From the IMG/VR virus record IMGVR_UViG_3300035698_010479, positions 62,001-126,000 of that record: 64,000 bases of DNA. The stretch is one strand, 5' to 3'. Below the pieces are notes generated by a model. That model was not told where the DNA came from and made no database searches. It saw nothing but the letters and a program-made list of their open reading frames with translations. This document shows, piece after piece, positions 1 to 8,223 of the stretch (position 1 is the stretch's first letter; each line of letters begins with the position of its first letter). Position numbers and translations under genes: made by a program.

Positions 1-2
1 AT

Positions 3-158
3 AATAATAATATCAAGTACTGGTCTCTAGAAGTTGTTGAGTTTAAAGTTAAACCACATAATAAAAGACCAAATTCAATATATAAGGACTCTAAAACATC
101 AGGTCATATTACTAAATCAGGTGTTGGTATGGTAGGTAAACTAATTAAAAAAGGCTAA
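3..158 (+). CDS. 3' end of a hypothetical protein (truncated by window start)
   Basis: Open frame from the window edge (NNNIKYWSLEVV...GKLIKKG) to TAA at 156-158, just before the NAD kinase start. Confidence 0.6.
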   Translation, partial: NNNIKYWSLEVVEFKVKPHNKRPNSIYKDSKTSGHITKSGVGMVGKLIKKG

Positions 159-162
159 TATT

Positions 163-912
163 ATGCACTCACCGTTAAAATACTGTACTAAGGGTGTACC
201 ACTACCAAATTATTTAATTGACGGACCAGAGCGTGTTTTAAACGTTTCTGAAGCTAATGTGGAAGTAGTTTACGGAGGTGATGGTTCAGTACTTCGTGGA
301 GTACAAGGTATAGTAAAGAACAATGTACCAGACGTTCTAATACTTGGTATTAATACTGGACACGTTGGCTTCTTATCAAACGATATTAGTAAAGAACAAG
401 CATTAGCTTTCCTTACCAATCCTAATGAGGCCCTTATTGAGAAGCGTAATATGTTACGTATAAGCAATAATGATACTGTATGGTATGCACTTAATGAAAT
501 AGTAATTCAACCACTAAAAAGAGGACCATTATTTGAAACGCTGCTTAAAGTTGACAATGATGATTTAGTATATAAGGGAGATGGCTTGATAATTTCTACT
601 CCTTCTGGTAGTACTGCTTATAATCTATCTGCTGGAGGACCTATTATACATCCAAGTACCAACGTGCTTGGTATTACACCTATATGCCCATTTTCTCTCG
701 CTGCACGGCCTATTGTAGTACCGAATTCTGTAAAACTTCTTGTTAATACTTCTGCCGATGCTGAAATAACTATAGATGGTGTATCAGTGTTCGTTGGAGT
801 ACTAAAGAATATGTCGATAGATCTTGCAGCATTTACTATAAATTTAGTTAAGTTTGACTCGTTTTTTGAGGCAATACATAATAAACTTGGGTGGAACTAC
901 TCTATACGGTGA
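163..912 (+). CDS. nadK: NAD kinase
   Basis: GGDG, GINTGHVGFL, NE and GDGLIISTPSGSTAYNLSAGGP motifs of the NAD kinase family. Confidence 0.93.
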   Translation: MHSPLKYCTKGVPLPNYLIDGPERVLNVSEANVEVVYGGDGSVLRGVQGIVKNNVPDVLILGINTGHVGFLSNDISKEQALAFLTNPNEALIEKRNMLRISNNDTVWYALNEIVIQPLKRGPLFETLLKVDNDDLVYKGDGLIISTPSGSTAYNLSAGGPIIHPSTNVLGITPICPFSLAARPIVVPNSVKLLVNTSADAEITIDGVSVFVGVLKNMSIDLAAFTINLVKFDSFFEAIHNKLGWNYSIR

Positions 913-917
913 CTAGT

Positions 918-1373
918 ATGATACAACTTATAAACGAAGATATTCTTGGTAACTTAGATACAAATAAACAAAAAACAATTATTCTTCATGGGTGTAATTG
1001 TTTCCACACAATGGGTTCTGGTATTGCTAAATACTTAAGAGCCAAATTTCCAAAGGTTTACACAGTAGATATTACTACTACTAAACGTGGTGATAAATCA
1101 AAGCTTGGTACTTTTAGTACAGCAATCATTGAGGATAGATTTGTAATACTTAATTGTTATACACAATTCAGATATGGTAGAGATAACATCCTGTATGCTA
1201 ACTATGCAGCTATAGAAAAATGTTTTAGACAGGTGGCTTTGCAGTATGATAATTCATGGGAAGTACGGCTTCCAAAAATAGGGTGCGGATTGGCAGGTGG
1301 TGATTGGAATATTGTAGGGCCATTGTTGATGATGCATTTAAACAATCATAGTACTAAAGTTTATTATAAGTAA
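918..1373 (+). CDS. Macrodomain (ADP-ribose processing) protein, phage Tk.4-like
   Basis: HGCNCFHTMGSGIAKYL and PKIGCGLAGGDW motifs; likely start ATG 918 rather than 891. Confidence 0.88.
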   Translation: MIQLINEDILGNLDTNKQKTIILHGCNCFHTMGSGIAKYLRAKFPKVYTVDITTTKRGDKSKLGTFSTAIIEDRFVILNCYTQFRYGRDNILYANYAAIEKCFRQVALQYDNSWEVRLPKIGCGLAGGDWNIVGPLLMMHLNNHSTKVYYK

Positions 1374-1384
1374 GAGGTGTATAA

Positions 1385-1783
1385 ATGGGTTTATATTTGG
1401 AGCTTTACCATGGCAGAAAAGTACTTGACGTAGATATGAATGGTTGGGGTTTTCATGGTCCAATTATAGGGCCACTAGAGCATATAAGTATGACTTATAT
1501 GGATATACTACGTGTGTTCTGTACATCCAATGACGTGGCAAAAGAATGCGGATTTGAAGACAAAGAAGATGTGTGGTTGACACATAAAGAAGGCTGTGTT
1601 GAATTTCAAGGTAATTATTACGGTGATTGGTCTTTACAAATAATGACCGATGATAAAGTTAAACTATTAAGAGAAGAAGTAACAAGGGTAAATGCTATAC
1701 CTTATAATGTTGATAGTACTTTCATAGACAAAAATAAGAATCCACCTGAAACAATTAATGTCGCTAATATCAGAAGATTTTAA
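1385..1783 (+). CDS. hypothetical protein
   Basis: 132-aa ORF with GAGG SD, in operon context. Confidence 0.75.
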   Translation: MGLYLELYHGRKVLDVDMNGWGFHGPIIGPLEHISMTYMDILRVFCTSNDVAKECGFEDKEDVWLTHKEGCVEFQGNYYGDWSLQIMTDDKVKLLREEVTRVNAIPYNVDSTFIDKNKNPPETINVANIRRF

Positions 1784-1949
1784 AATTGACAAGCCTTGGG
1801 ACGTATTAAAAGTATACCCAGAAACAGCATGGCAAGTAATCAAAACTTTACATGATGAGAATATATCACTGAAAGAAGAAAAAGCCAAAACAGATAAGAT
1901 TATTCATAATTTAATTGCATCGCTAGAAGCAGAAGTTAAACTTTACTAA
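1758..1949 (+). CDS. hypothetical protein (short coiled coil)
   Basis: 63-aa ORF overlapping the previous gene. Confidence 0.6.
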   Translation: MSLISEDFKIDKPWDVLKVYPETAWQVIKTLHDENISLKEEKAKTDKIIHNLIASLEAEVKLY

Positions 1950-1959
1950 GGTTACTGTA

Positions 1960-2748
1960 ATGCTAAAAGAAATAAAAAAGAAGTCTTTTGCTAATGGTTG
2001 TGTATATTTAATGCACACAAAGGACGGCTACCCTATAGAAGTTACTGATACATTCCTACCTTTTTATACTAAAAATGCTATAGGTGTACATCAAAATTAT
2101 CTAAAAAATGATGATTTAGGAAGTAGAAAAGAGCGTTGGATGGTAGGTGTGTCTACAATGAGTGGTTGTCCAGTCGGTTGTAAGTTCTGTGCCACTGGTA
2201 CTATGAAAAAATGCAGGAACCTTACAGCGGAAGAAATTGTCGAGCAAGTTCAGTTTATTTGGGATAAGAACTTAGGCACATGGGTAGATGGCGCTCAAGA
2301 ATTTAAGATCAATTATACCCGCATGGGTGAACCTTTTTTAAACCTGGTCGAAGTAAAAAAGGCTATCAGTGTACTTTCCGAATACAACCCTAAAATACAT
2401 CATTATGTGTCAACTATTGGTGTTAAAGGGTCAGATTTTTCATGGATTAAGGGCAACATAACACTACAATTTTCTATTCATTCGTTTAAAGAAGAATACA
2501 GAGATTGGCTTATACCTTATAAACATAAAATGTCTTTGGAAGAGATTGGAAAAGTTAGGACTGGTAGTAATCTTAAAACTACACTCAATCTTACTTTGGC
2601 CCGCCCAGAAGATTTCGATATTGGCGTTCTTAAAAAGTATTTTGATCCTGATTATTTTTTTATAAAAATTTCCCCTATTAATACTAATGAAGTATCAGAA
2701 AGTAATGGTATGGGTAGTGGTATTATAAGTCAACATAATTTAATATAA
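1960..2748 (+). CDS. RlmN/Cfr-like radical SAM protein, core part lacking the C-terminal Cys segment
   Basis: STMSGCPVGCKFCAT (CxxxCxxC), RNLTAEEIVEQV, MGEP, STIG, SIH and KISPIN align with the RlmN core; ends before the xACGQL motif. Confidence 0.88.
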   Translation: MLKEIKKKSFANGCVYLMHTKDGYPIEVTDTFLPFYTKNAIGVHQNYLKNDDLGSRKERWMVGVSTMSGCPVGCKFCATGTMKKCRNLTAEEIVEQVQFIWDKNLGTWVDGAQEFKINYTRMGEPFLNLVEVKKAISVLSEYNPKIHHYVSTIGVKGSDFSWIKGNITLQFSIHSFKEEYRDWLIPYKHKMSLEEIGKVRTGSNLKTTLNLTLARPEDFDIGVLKKYFDPDYFFIKISPINTNEVSESNGMGSGIISQHNLI

Positions 2749-2762
2749 TAGGAGTTTACAAT

Positions 2763-3050
2763 ATGGCTATAAATATCGCAGCTGAGGTAGCTTTGCTTAA
2801 GAAGTTAAAACAAAGATTTGTTAATACTGACGCGTATCTAGAGTCAATTCAGGATATGTACGAGGAAGGTCTAATAACAGCTAAAGCATTCAGAGAAATA
2901 ATAAACGAATTAGCTAAACCAAAAATAACAAAGGGTAAATCAAATAGATTGGTACCTCAAAAAGTACTTAAATCTATAATCACAAAACAAACTGGTGTAC
3001 AGGAAATAGATCCATGTTCTCATGGTAACTTCACAAGAACATCATGTTAA
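2763..3050 (+). CDS. small protein ending in a Cx9C tail (possible radical SAM substrate or partner)
   Basis: 95 aa, SD AGGAG, C-terminus DPCSHGNFTRTSC; overlaps the next radical SAM gene. Confidence 0.7.
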   Translation: MAINIAAEVALLKKLKQRFVNTDAYLESIQDMYEEGLITAKAFREIINELAKPKITKGKSNRLVPQKVLKSIITKQTGVQEIDPCSHGNFTRTSC

Positions 3051-3928
3051 ACATTTCATTTATAAATAAACTTAATTTTAGGGAAAACAGCTGTGTTTTA
3101 AACAACACTAATGCTGAAAAAATACCACATAAATATGTGAATATCTATGTAAAAATTACAAGTAAGTGTAATGCTGATTGTAGATTTTGTGTGTATTGTA
3201 CTGACTTTAATAACAAAAAAGAAGTATTCAACTTCGTAAAGTTTGAAAAAATTCTTTTATATCTTGAAGCCAATAATATACACATACATAAGATATCTTT
3301 TACCGGAGGTGAACCATCACTATATTGTAAGAGTATTGAAAAATGTATGGTAAGTGTATTAAAATTGAAATATAAACCATTCATTGTTGTAAATTCTAAC
3401 GGTTTCAAGTTGGGCTTGTTACAAAAAATAAAGGGTATAGACAATATATCTTTATCTAGACACACTATAACAGATGAAGACAACTTCAAGTTATACGACA
3501 CACGCTCAGTTGCTTCATCAAATGACATAAGTAACGCTCAGCCAAATAAAATACACTTGACATGTAACCTTATTAAAGGATTTATAGACTCAGAGGAACG
3601 TATCATTGACTATCTTGAAAAAGCAGCATCTCTAAATGTATATGATGTAGGATTTGTAAGCTTGATGAAGGTAAATACATTCTGTAAAACAAATCATGTG
3701 GATTTTAACGATATAATTTTTAAAAGAAAAGATATAGTGTGTAATAAAGAATGGTCTAATTCCGATGTATGCAGATGTAAAAACTTTCTATACTTACCCA
3801 GTAAGGGTAATAAAGTTGTAAAATTTTATTCACGTTATAGATGTAAGAATGATGTTGACTCTAAAAGTAATTATGTATTTGATGGTAGTCATTTTAGAAG
3901 TAATTTTGGTGGTACAATAATCTATTAG
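3044..3928 (+). CDS. radical SAM protein of unknown function
   Basis: KITSKCNADCRFC (CxxxCxxC), SFTGGEP, VNSNG; extra C-terminal Cys (CRC). Confidence 0.88.
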   Translation: MLNISFINKLNFRENSCVLNNTNAEKIPHKYVNIYVKITSKCNADCRFCVYCTDFNNKKEVFNFVKFEKILLYLEANNIHIHKISFTGGEPSLYCKSIEKCMVSVLKLKYKPFIVVNSNGFKLGLLQKIKGIDNISLSRHTITDEDNFKLYDTRSVASSNDISNAQPNKIHLTCNLIKGFIDSEERIIDYLEKAASLNVYDVGFVSLMKVNTFCKTNHVDFNDIIFKRKDIVCNKEWSNSDVCRCKNFLYLPSKGNKVVKFYSRYRCKNDVDSKSNYVFDGSHFRSNFGGTIIY

Positions 3929-3937
3929 GAGAATATT

Positions 3938-4132
3938 ATGTCAGAAGAAGTTAAAAAACAAACCAGTAATGGTAAATTAGTAACAAAAGAAGAGTATATC
4001 AAGGAAGTAAAAGAAGAACTGATAAAACTTCAACTACAAGAAGCTGGATATGATTATGCTGTAGCTATAGCCACTGATGCTGAGATAAAAGCAGGTGCTG
4101 CTTGTGGTCAATTAGCTATCATAAACGAGTAG
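3938..4132 (+). CDS. stand-alone C-terminal segment of an RlmN-like enzyme (AACGQL peptide)
   Basis: LQEAGYDYAVAIATDAEIKAGAACGQLA matches the RlmN C-terminal helix/strand/Cys loop (E. coli ...[12 protein letters not shown]); has its own SD (AGGAG) and ATG. Confidence 0.8.
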   Translation: MSEEVKKQTSNGKLVTKEEYIKEVKEELIKLQLQEAGYDYAVAIATDAEIKAGAACGQLAIINE

Positions 4133-4136
4133 TAAT

Positions 4137-4460
4137 ATGAAAAAGGTGTATATATCATCAAAATATAGTGAAGGAGATAAAGAGGCAAACGTTCAAGCAC
4201 AGATAGATATAGGTAACATATTAATTGATAATGGTTTCAATCCGTTCGTACCGTTGCTATCACACTATCTGAATGCAGTTAAACCTAGATCTTACAATTA
4301 CTGGCTCGGTGCCCTCATAGAGTGGCTTAAAATATGTGATTGTTTACTACGTCTAGAAGGAAAAAGTCCAGGGGCAGATATGGAGGAGATACTCGCTAAA
4401 CGTCTAGGTATACCAATATTCTATTCAATGGAAGATTTACTTAAATATTATAAAAAATAG
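4137..4460 (+). CDS. DUF1937/DUF4406-like (nucleoside 2-deoxyribosyltransferase-like fold) protein
   Basis: KVYISSKYS, FNPFVP, CDCLLRLEGKSPGADME...GIPIFY pattern. Confidence 0.7.
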   Translation: MKKVYISSKYSEGDKEANVQAQIDIGNILIDNGFNPFVPLLSHYLNAVKPRSYNYWLGALIEWLKICDCLLRLEGKSPGADMEEILAKRLGIPIFYSMEDLLKYYKK

Positions 4461-4480
4461 GTATAAAGCAAGGAGGGACC

Positions 4481-5107
4481 ATGTTTAAATACCCAAAAAC
4501 GTATCACTTGACATGGTCGCCAGGAGTAACACATGACGATAAAATTATAAGTTCCTTAGATAACTTCATAGGTAAGCGTGTAATAGTGACCGAGAAATTA
4601 GATGGTGAATGTACTACTATCACAAAAGGAAATATACATGCCAGATCTATGGATTCAAAAGACCACGTGTCCAGACATTGGGTTAAAAGTCAATACGGAT
4701 ATTTGACTTACGCATTGAGAGAGCCTATTAAAATATGTGGTGAGAACGTGTTTGCTAAACATTCAATTGCATATGATAATCTAATTGGCTTCTTTTACGC
4801 TTTCTCTTTATGGGATGGTACTAAGTGCTTATCGTGGGATGACACGCTTGCAGAACTTGCTTTTCTTAATATACCACATGTACCAGTAATATATGATGGG
4901 CTGTGGGATGAATCGTATATAAGACATATTCCTCTTTTAAATACTGAGAAAGGTATTATGGAAGGGTATGTTGTTAGGTTGGCGGATGAATTTGAACTTA
5001 TTGAATTTAGTAACAGTGTGGCAAAATATGTAAGACCTAACCACGTGCAGACAGACGAACACTGGTTATACCAACCTATTATTAAAAATAAATTAATAGG
5101 AGATTAG
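4481..5107 (+). CDS. RNA ligase family nucleotidyltransferase
   Basis: KYPKTYHLTWSPG, motif I TEKLDGE, ICGEN, EGYVVR, VAKYVR. Confidence 0.85.
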   Translation: MFKYPKTYHLTWSPGVTHDDKIISSLDNFIGKRVIVTEKLDGECTTITKGNIHARSMDSKDHVSRHWVKSQYGYLTYALREPIKICGENVFAKHSIAYDNLIGFFYAFSLWDGTKCLSWDDTLAELAFLNIPHVPVIYDGLWDESYIRHIPLLNTEKGIMEGYVVRLADEFELIEFSNSVAKYVRPNHVQTDEHWLYQPIIKNKLIGD

Positions 5108-5331
5108 TGAAAAATACTGGGTACGTATATGAAGATTTTCATGACGTTGTTATAGAGGTACTTCTTTCTAGAAATACTATAAACAAAGAATATTTAACAG
5201 ACGATTTTGTCAGAGAAGTATATAATAAACTACCAAAAGATATAAAAGCTACTGCTATAACATGGGGTTGTTCTGACACAGTGTTTAGAGATAATGCTTT
5301 CACCTGGTTAAAAGAAAATTGGAGAAATTAA
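5107..5331 (+). CDS. hypothetical protein
   Basis: 74-aa ORF, GTG start coupled to the upstream stop, SD AGGAG. Confidence 0.65.
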   Translation: MKNTGYVYEDFHDVVIEVLLSRNTINKEYLTDDFVREVYNKLPKDIKATAITWGCSDTVFRDNAFTWLKENWRN

Positions 5332-6474
5332 ATGGAAAGACAGTTAGCATCTATACAAAAAATAGTAGATATACAACCAATAGTTGGTGCTGATAAAATT
5401 GAAGTTGTGTTTATTCTAGGCTGGCAGTGTGTTGCAAAGAAGAACGAGTTTAAAATTGGTGATCTCTGTGTATATTTTGAAATAGACTCCCAGTTACCAA
5501 AGCATATTATATTTGATTTTATGGCACATAGAAAATTCAGAGTCAAAACAATCAAGCTTAGAAAACAAATATCACAAGGATTAGCATTACCACTGTCGAT
5601 TCTATCTAATTTTACAAATAAAAATATAAATTCTTTCCGTGAAGGGGATGATGTATCAGAATTAATAGGTGTTACTAAATATGACCCTAGGCCACAGGAT
5701 GCTGACCCAGTTAGTACTAAAAAGCATAATCCTATTGTTAATTATTTAATGGATTACTTCTGGTTTAGGAAAGTATATAACCTTGTTATGCCTAAAAAAA
5801 CTAAAGGCAACTTTCCAGAATTCATTAAAAAAACTGATGAGACTCGTTTACAAAGTTATCCATTAGTGCTCGTAAAAAATATAGGAAGAAAGTTCTATCT
5901 TACCGAGAAATTGGATGGTAGTTCTGCGTCTTATTTTTTTAATAAAGCACTTGTTGGTAAAAGGTTTGGATTGTTTCCTATCGACAAGGGTAATGGCTTT
6001 GGCGTATGTTCTAGAAATATAAGACTTGTCACACAAGATAAAAGATATTGGTGGAAGTACGCTCTAGATAATAATATGGAAGAAAAAACTAGAACCATTT
6101 CTAAATGTTTAGACTGTAGTATCGCTATACAGGGTGAACTCGTTGGTCCTGGTATTCAGAAAAATAAATATTGTTTAACCGAACTGGACTTTTATTGTTT
6201 TAATTTATTCAATATAGACACAAATACATATTTATCTAAAGAGGATAAAGAAATTATCTGTGATCAGTTTAATATAAAACTTGTTCCTTGTGATGATACT
6301 ATCATCGAATTATCTACTGAGCATGATGTTGCATTTTTTGTTAACCTTTCAAAAAGGAAAAGTAAGCTAAATAAAAAGACCACTGCTGAAGGTATAGTAG
6401 CAAGGAGATTAACAGACGAAACGATAAGCTTTAAAGTAATAAATCCAGAATGGTTACTAAAAAATGATGAATAA
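5332..6474 (+). CDS. RNA ligase, DRB0094-like family
   Basis: N-terminal RQLASIQKIVDIQPIVGADKIEV domain, TEKLDGSS, IQGELVGPGIQKN, EGIV, SFKVIN. Confidence 0.9.
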   Translation: MERQLASIQKIVDIQPIVGADKIEVVFILGWQCVAKKNEFKIGDLCVYFEIDSQLPKHIIFDFMAHRKFRVKTIKLRKQISQGLALPLSILSNFTNKNINSFREGDDVSELIGVTKYDPRPQDADPVSTKKHNPIVNYLMDYFWFRKVYNLVMPKKTKGNFPEFIKKTDETRLQSYPLVLVKNIGRKFYLTEKLDGSSASYFFNKALVGKRFGLFPIDKGNGFGVCSRNIRLVTQDKRYWWKYALDNNMEEKTRTISKCLDCSIAIQGELVGPGIQKNKYCLTELDFYCFNLFNIDTNTYLSKEDKEIICDQFNIKLVPCDDTIIELSTEHDVAFFVNLSKRKSKLNKKTTAEGIVARRLTDETISFKVINPEWLLKNDE

Positions 6475-6754
6475 AAAAAGACAACCTATAATAGTTTGTG
6501 CCGCATTAAAAAAAGATGATATTATTATAGTTGGTCCAAGACATTTCGATGCATTTATGCATAAACAGATAATTGCTATAGTTGGTGAGGATAACCGTCG
6601 AAAACTAATTGACGCTGAACAAGGTTTTATAGATCAATACGGTACTTTTTGGAATCGCACAGATGCCATGATACTTGTTAGAGCTTCTGGACAACAATTA
6701 GATATGACTAGAAACGGATCAACCACGAAACTATTTAGTGAGGGTTTATATTAA
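6464..6754 (+). CDS. conserved phage hypothetical protein
   Basis: IVCAA...GPRH...EQGFIDQYG...LFSEGLY pattern common in phage small proteins. Confidence 0.75.
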   Translation: MMNKKRQPIIVCAALKKDDIIIVGPRHFDAFMHKQIIAIVGEDNRRKLIDAEQGFIDQYGTFWNRTDAMILVRASGQQLDMTRNGSTTKLFSEGLY

Positions 6755-7068
6755 TGCATATAAAAGCTAGAGAAATAAAACCTGGAATGGTTGTAAGAAA
6801 ACTGAATGCTACTATAAAAGACGATGTCGCACTTATAACTGCAAAGAAAGGTTTGGTTGAAGTAAAATTAACATACTTTAGTAACTTGGATAGTTACTAT
6901 GGTAGGGTTATTAGTACTGTTAAAGGTACTGAAAAATTTAAAGTAGTAAAAGGTAAGAAACGTAAAAAAATATTAAATAATATTATAGAGAGTAATTTTA
7001 AAAGGCTTCATGATATTAATAATGATATCGAACTTTTGCAACTTATTAAGACTATGTTAAATCCATAG
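6754..7068 (+). CDS. hypothetical protein
   Basis: 104-aa ORF, translationally coupled. Confidence 0.7.
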   Translation: MHIKAREIKPGMVVRKLNATIKDDVALITAKKGLVEVKLTYFSNLDSYYGRVISTVKGTEKFKVVKGKKRKKILNNIIESNFKRLHDINNDIELLQLIKTMLNP

Positions 7069-7087
7069 CCTAGACAAAGGAGACTTT

Positions 7088-7345
7088 ATGTTTACAGCTT
7101 TAATGAAATTAACTAGTTTAAATATGTACTATGCTCAGATGAATTTAGAACCTATAACTAGACCGGTATGGCTTACGCCTAATAAATGTCTTTGGTCGGA
7201 TGGCAAAGTTTTAAAATCAGAAGATGTAATTGTACCTAAATTTACTGCTATAGGTACAAATGACGGTGATGAAGCTACTATTTACTCAGTTGTAAGTTCA
7301 ATAGTGTGTCTAATACTTATAGTTGTATTACTTGTAAATATGTAA
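7088..7345 (+). CDS. hypothetical protein with C-terminal transmembrane helix
   Basis: SD AGGAG; hydrophobic tail SIVCLILIVVLLVNM. Confidence 0.65.
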   Translation: MFTALMKLTSLNMYYAQMNLEPITRPVWLTPNKCLWSDGKVLKSEDVIVPKFTAIGTNDGDEATIYSVVSSIVCLILIVVLLVNM

Positions 7346-7346
7346 T

Positions 7347-7484
7347 ATGAAATATATAAAAGTAGATTATCATCAAACAAAAGATTGTCCTAAGTGTGGA
7401 AAAGACACCTATCTAACTTATTGGGAAAAAGGGAAATGTCCGCATTGTGGTAGTAAAATTGGTGTAGGAAATAAGGGTATATGA
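7347..7484 (+). CDS. small zinc-ribbon protein (45 aa, not in ORF track)
   Basis: MKYIKVDYHQTKDCPKCGKDTYLTYWEKGKCPHCGSKIGVGNKGI; two CxxC pairs. Confidence 0.7.
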   Translation: MKYIKVDYHQTKDCPKCGKDTYLTYWEKGKCPHCGSKIGVGNKGI

Positions 7485-7485
7485 T

Positions 7486-7617
7486 ATGTTTAATAACTTC
7501 CAATCACCTGAAGAGGTAGAGAAAGAAGTAGCTAAAGCAATGCTACCACATATAAAATCATTTTTAATTAAGGTTGGCTTACTGGTAGTAGTAATTATAT
7601 TATTACAAACTCTATAA
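7486..7617 (+). CDS. small membrane protein (43 aa, not in ORF track)
   Basis: MFNNFQSPEEVEKEVAKAMLPHIKSFLIKVGLLVVVIILLQTL. Confidence 0.55.
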   Translation: MFNNFQSPEEVEKEVAKAMLPHIKSFLIKVGLLVVVIILLQTL

Positions 7618-7620
7618 ACA

Positions 7621-7661
7621 TTAAGCACAATAGATATTTAGTAGACGTCTATTGTGCTTAA
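7621..7661. terminator. bidirectional terminator hairpin between convergent gene blocks
   Basis: 14-bp perfect inverted repeat TTAAGCACAATAGA / TCTATTGTGCTTAA at the +/- strand switch. Confidence 0.75.
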
Positions 7662-7667
7662 TGATAA

Positions 7668-7928
7668 TTAATTAGTGGGTGATAGCACAACACATGCAGG
7701 ACTTATCACTTTTTCTATTGTCCACATTTTTTCTTCCATACCGGCTTCATCAGCAGTCCATTGTGTAGACTTAACTTCACCATACCAATCGGTTTCTTTA
7801 ACGTATATAGCATCGGAGTCTACATCGTATAAAGGGCTATACCCATTACCTTCTGAGTCTTTCTGTAATATAACTATAGAATCCTGCGGCATACTTTGTA
7901 ATATCTCTATCAGTTCCTTTACTAGCAT
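7668..7928 (-). CDS. hypothetical protein
   Basis: 86-aa ORF, MLVKELIEILQ...DSEGNGYSP pattern typical of phage small proteins. Confidence 0.75.
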   Translation of the reverse strand: MLVKELIEILQSMPQDSIVILQKDSEGNGYSPLYDVDSDAIYVKETDWYGEVKSTQWTADEAGMEEKMWTIEKVISPACVVLSPTN

Positions 7929-8013
7929 ATATTATACTCCTTTAAAAATAACAACCATGAATTATATATCTGTACTCTATTCTATCTTCATATTTAGCTG
8001 GTTTAGGTCCATA

Positions 8014-8214
8014 CTATCTATATGTATAAGTACGTTCCTCACCACAAATTGGGCAATGTTCTTTTACAGTTTTATACCAATACTTAATTGATTCTGTATT
8101 ATCTCGTATTTTTCCGGTACCATCACAAGTAACACATTCAGTTTTTTTATTATTAACTCCAGTACCTTCGCAATCTATACAATGATATATTGGATTAAAC
8201 ATTAAATCACTCAT
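8014..8214 (-). CDS. DnaJ-type zinc-finger small protein
   Basis: CIDCEGTG, CVTCDGTG, CPICG. Confidence 0.65.
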   Translation of the reverse strand: MSDLMFNPIYHCIDCEGTGVNNKKTECVTCDGTGKIRDNTESIKYWYKTVKEHCPICGEERTYTYR

Positions 8215-8223
8215 TATAAACTC

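Noticed and set aside
2749-3937. Intron or intein interrupting the RlmN-like gene
   Set aside because: No group I/II or intein motifs were recognised; both parts have their own stop and start signals, and the intervening ORFs are not maturases or endonucleases.
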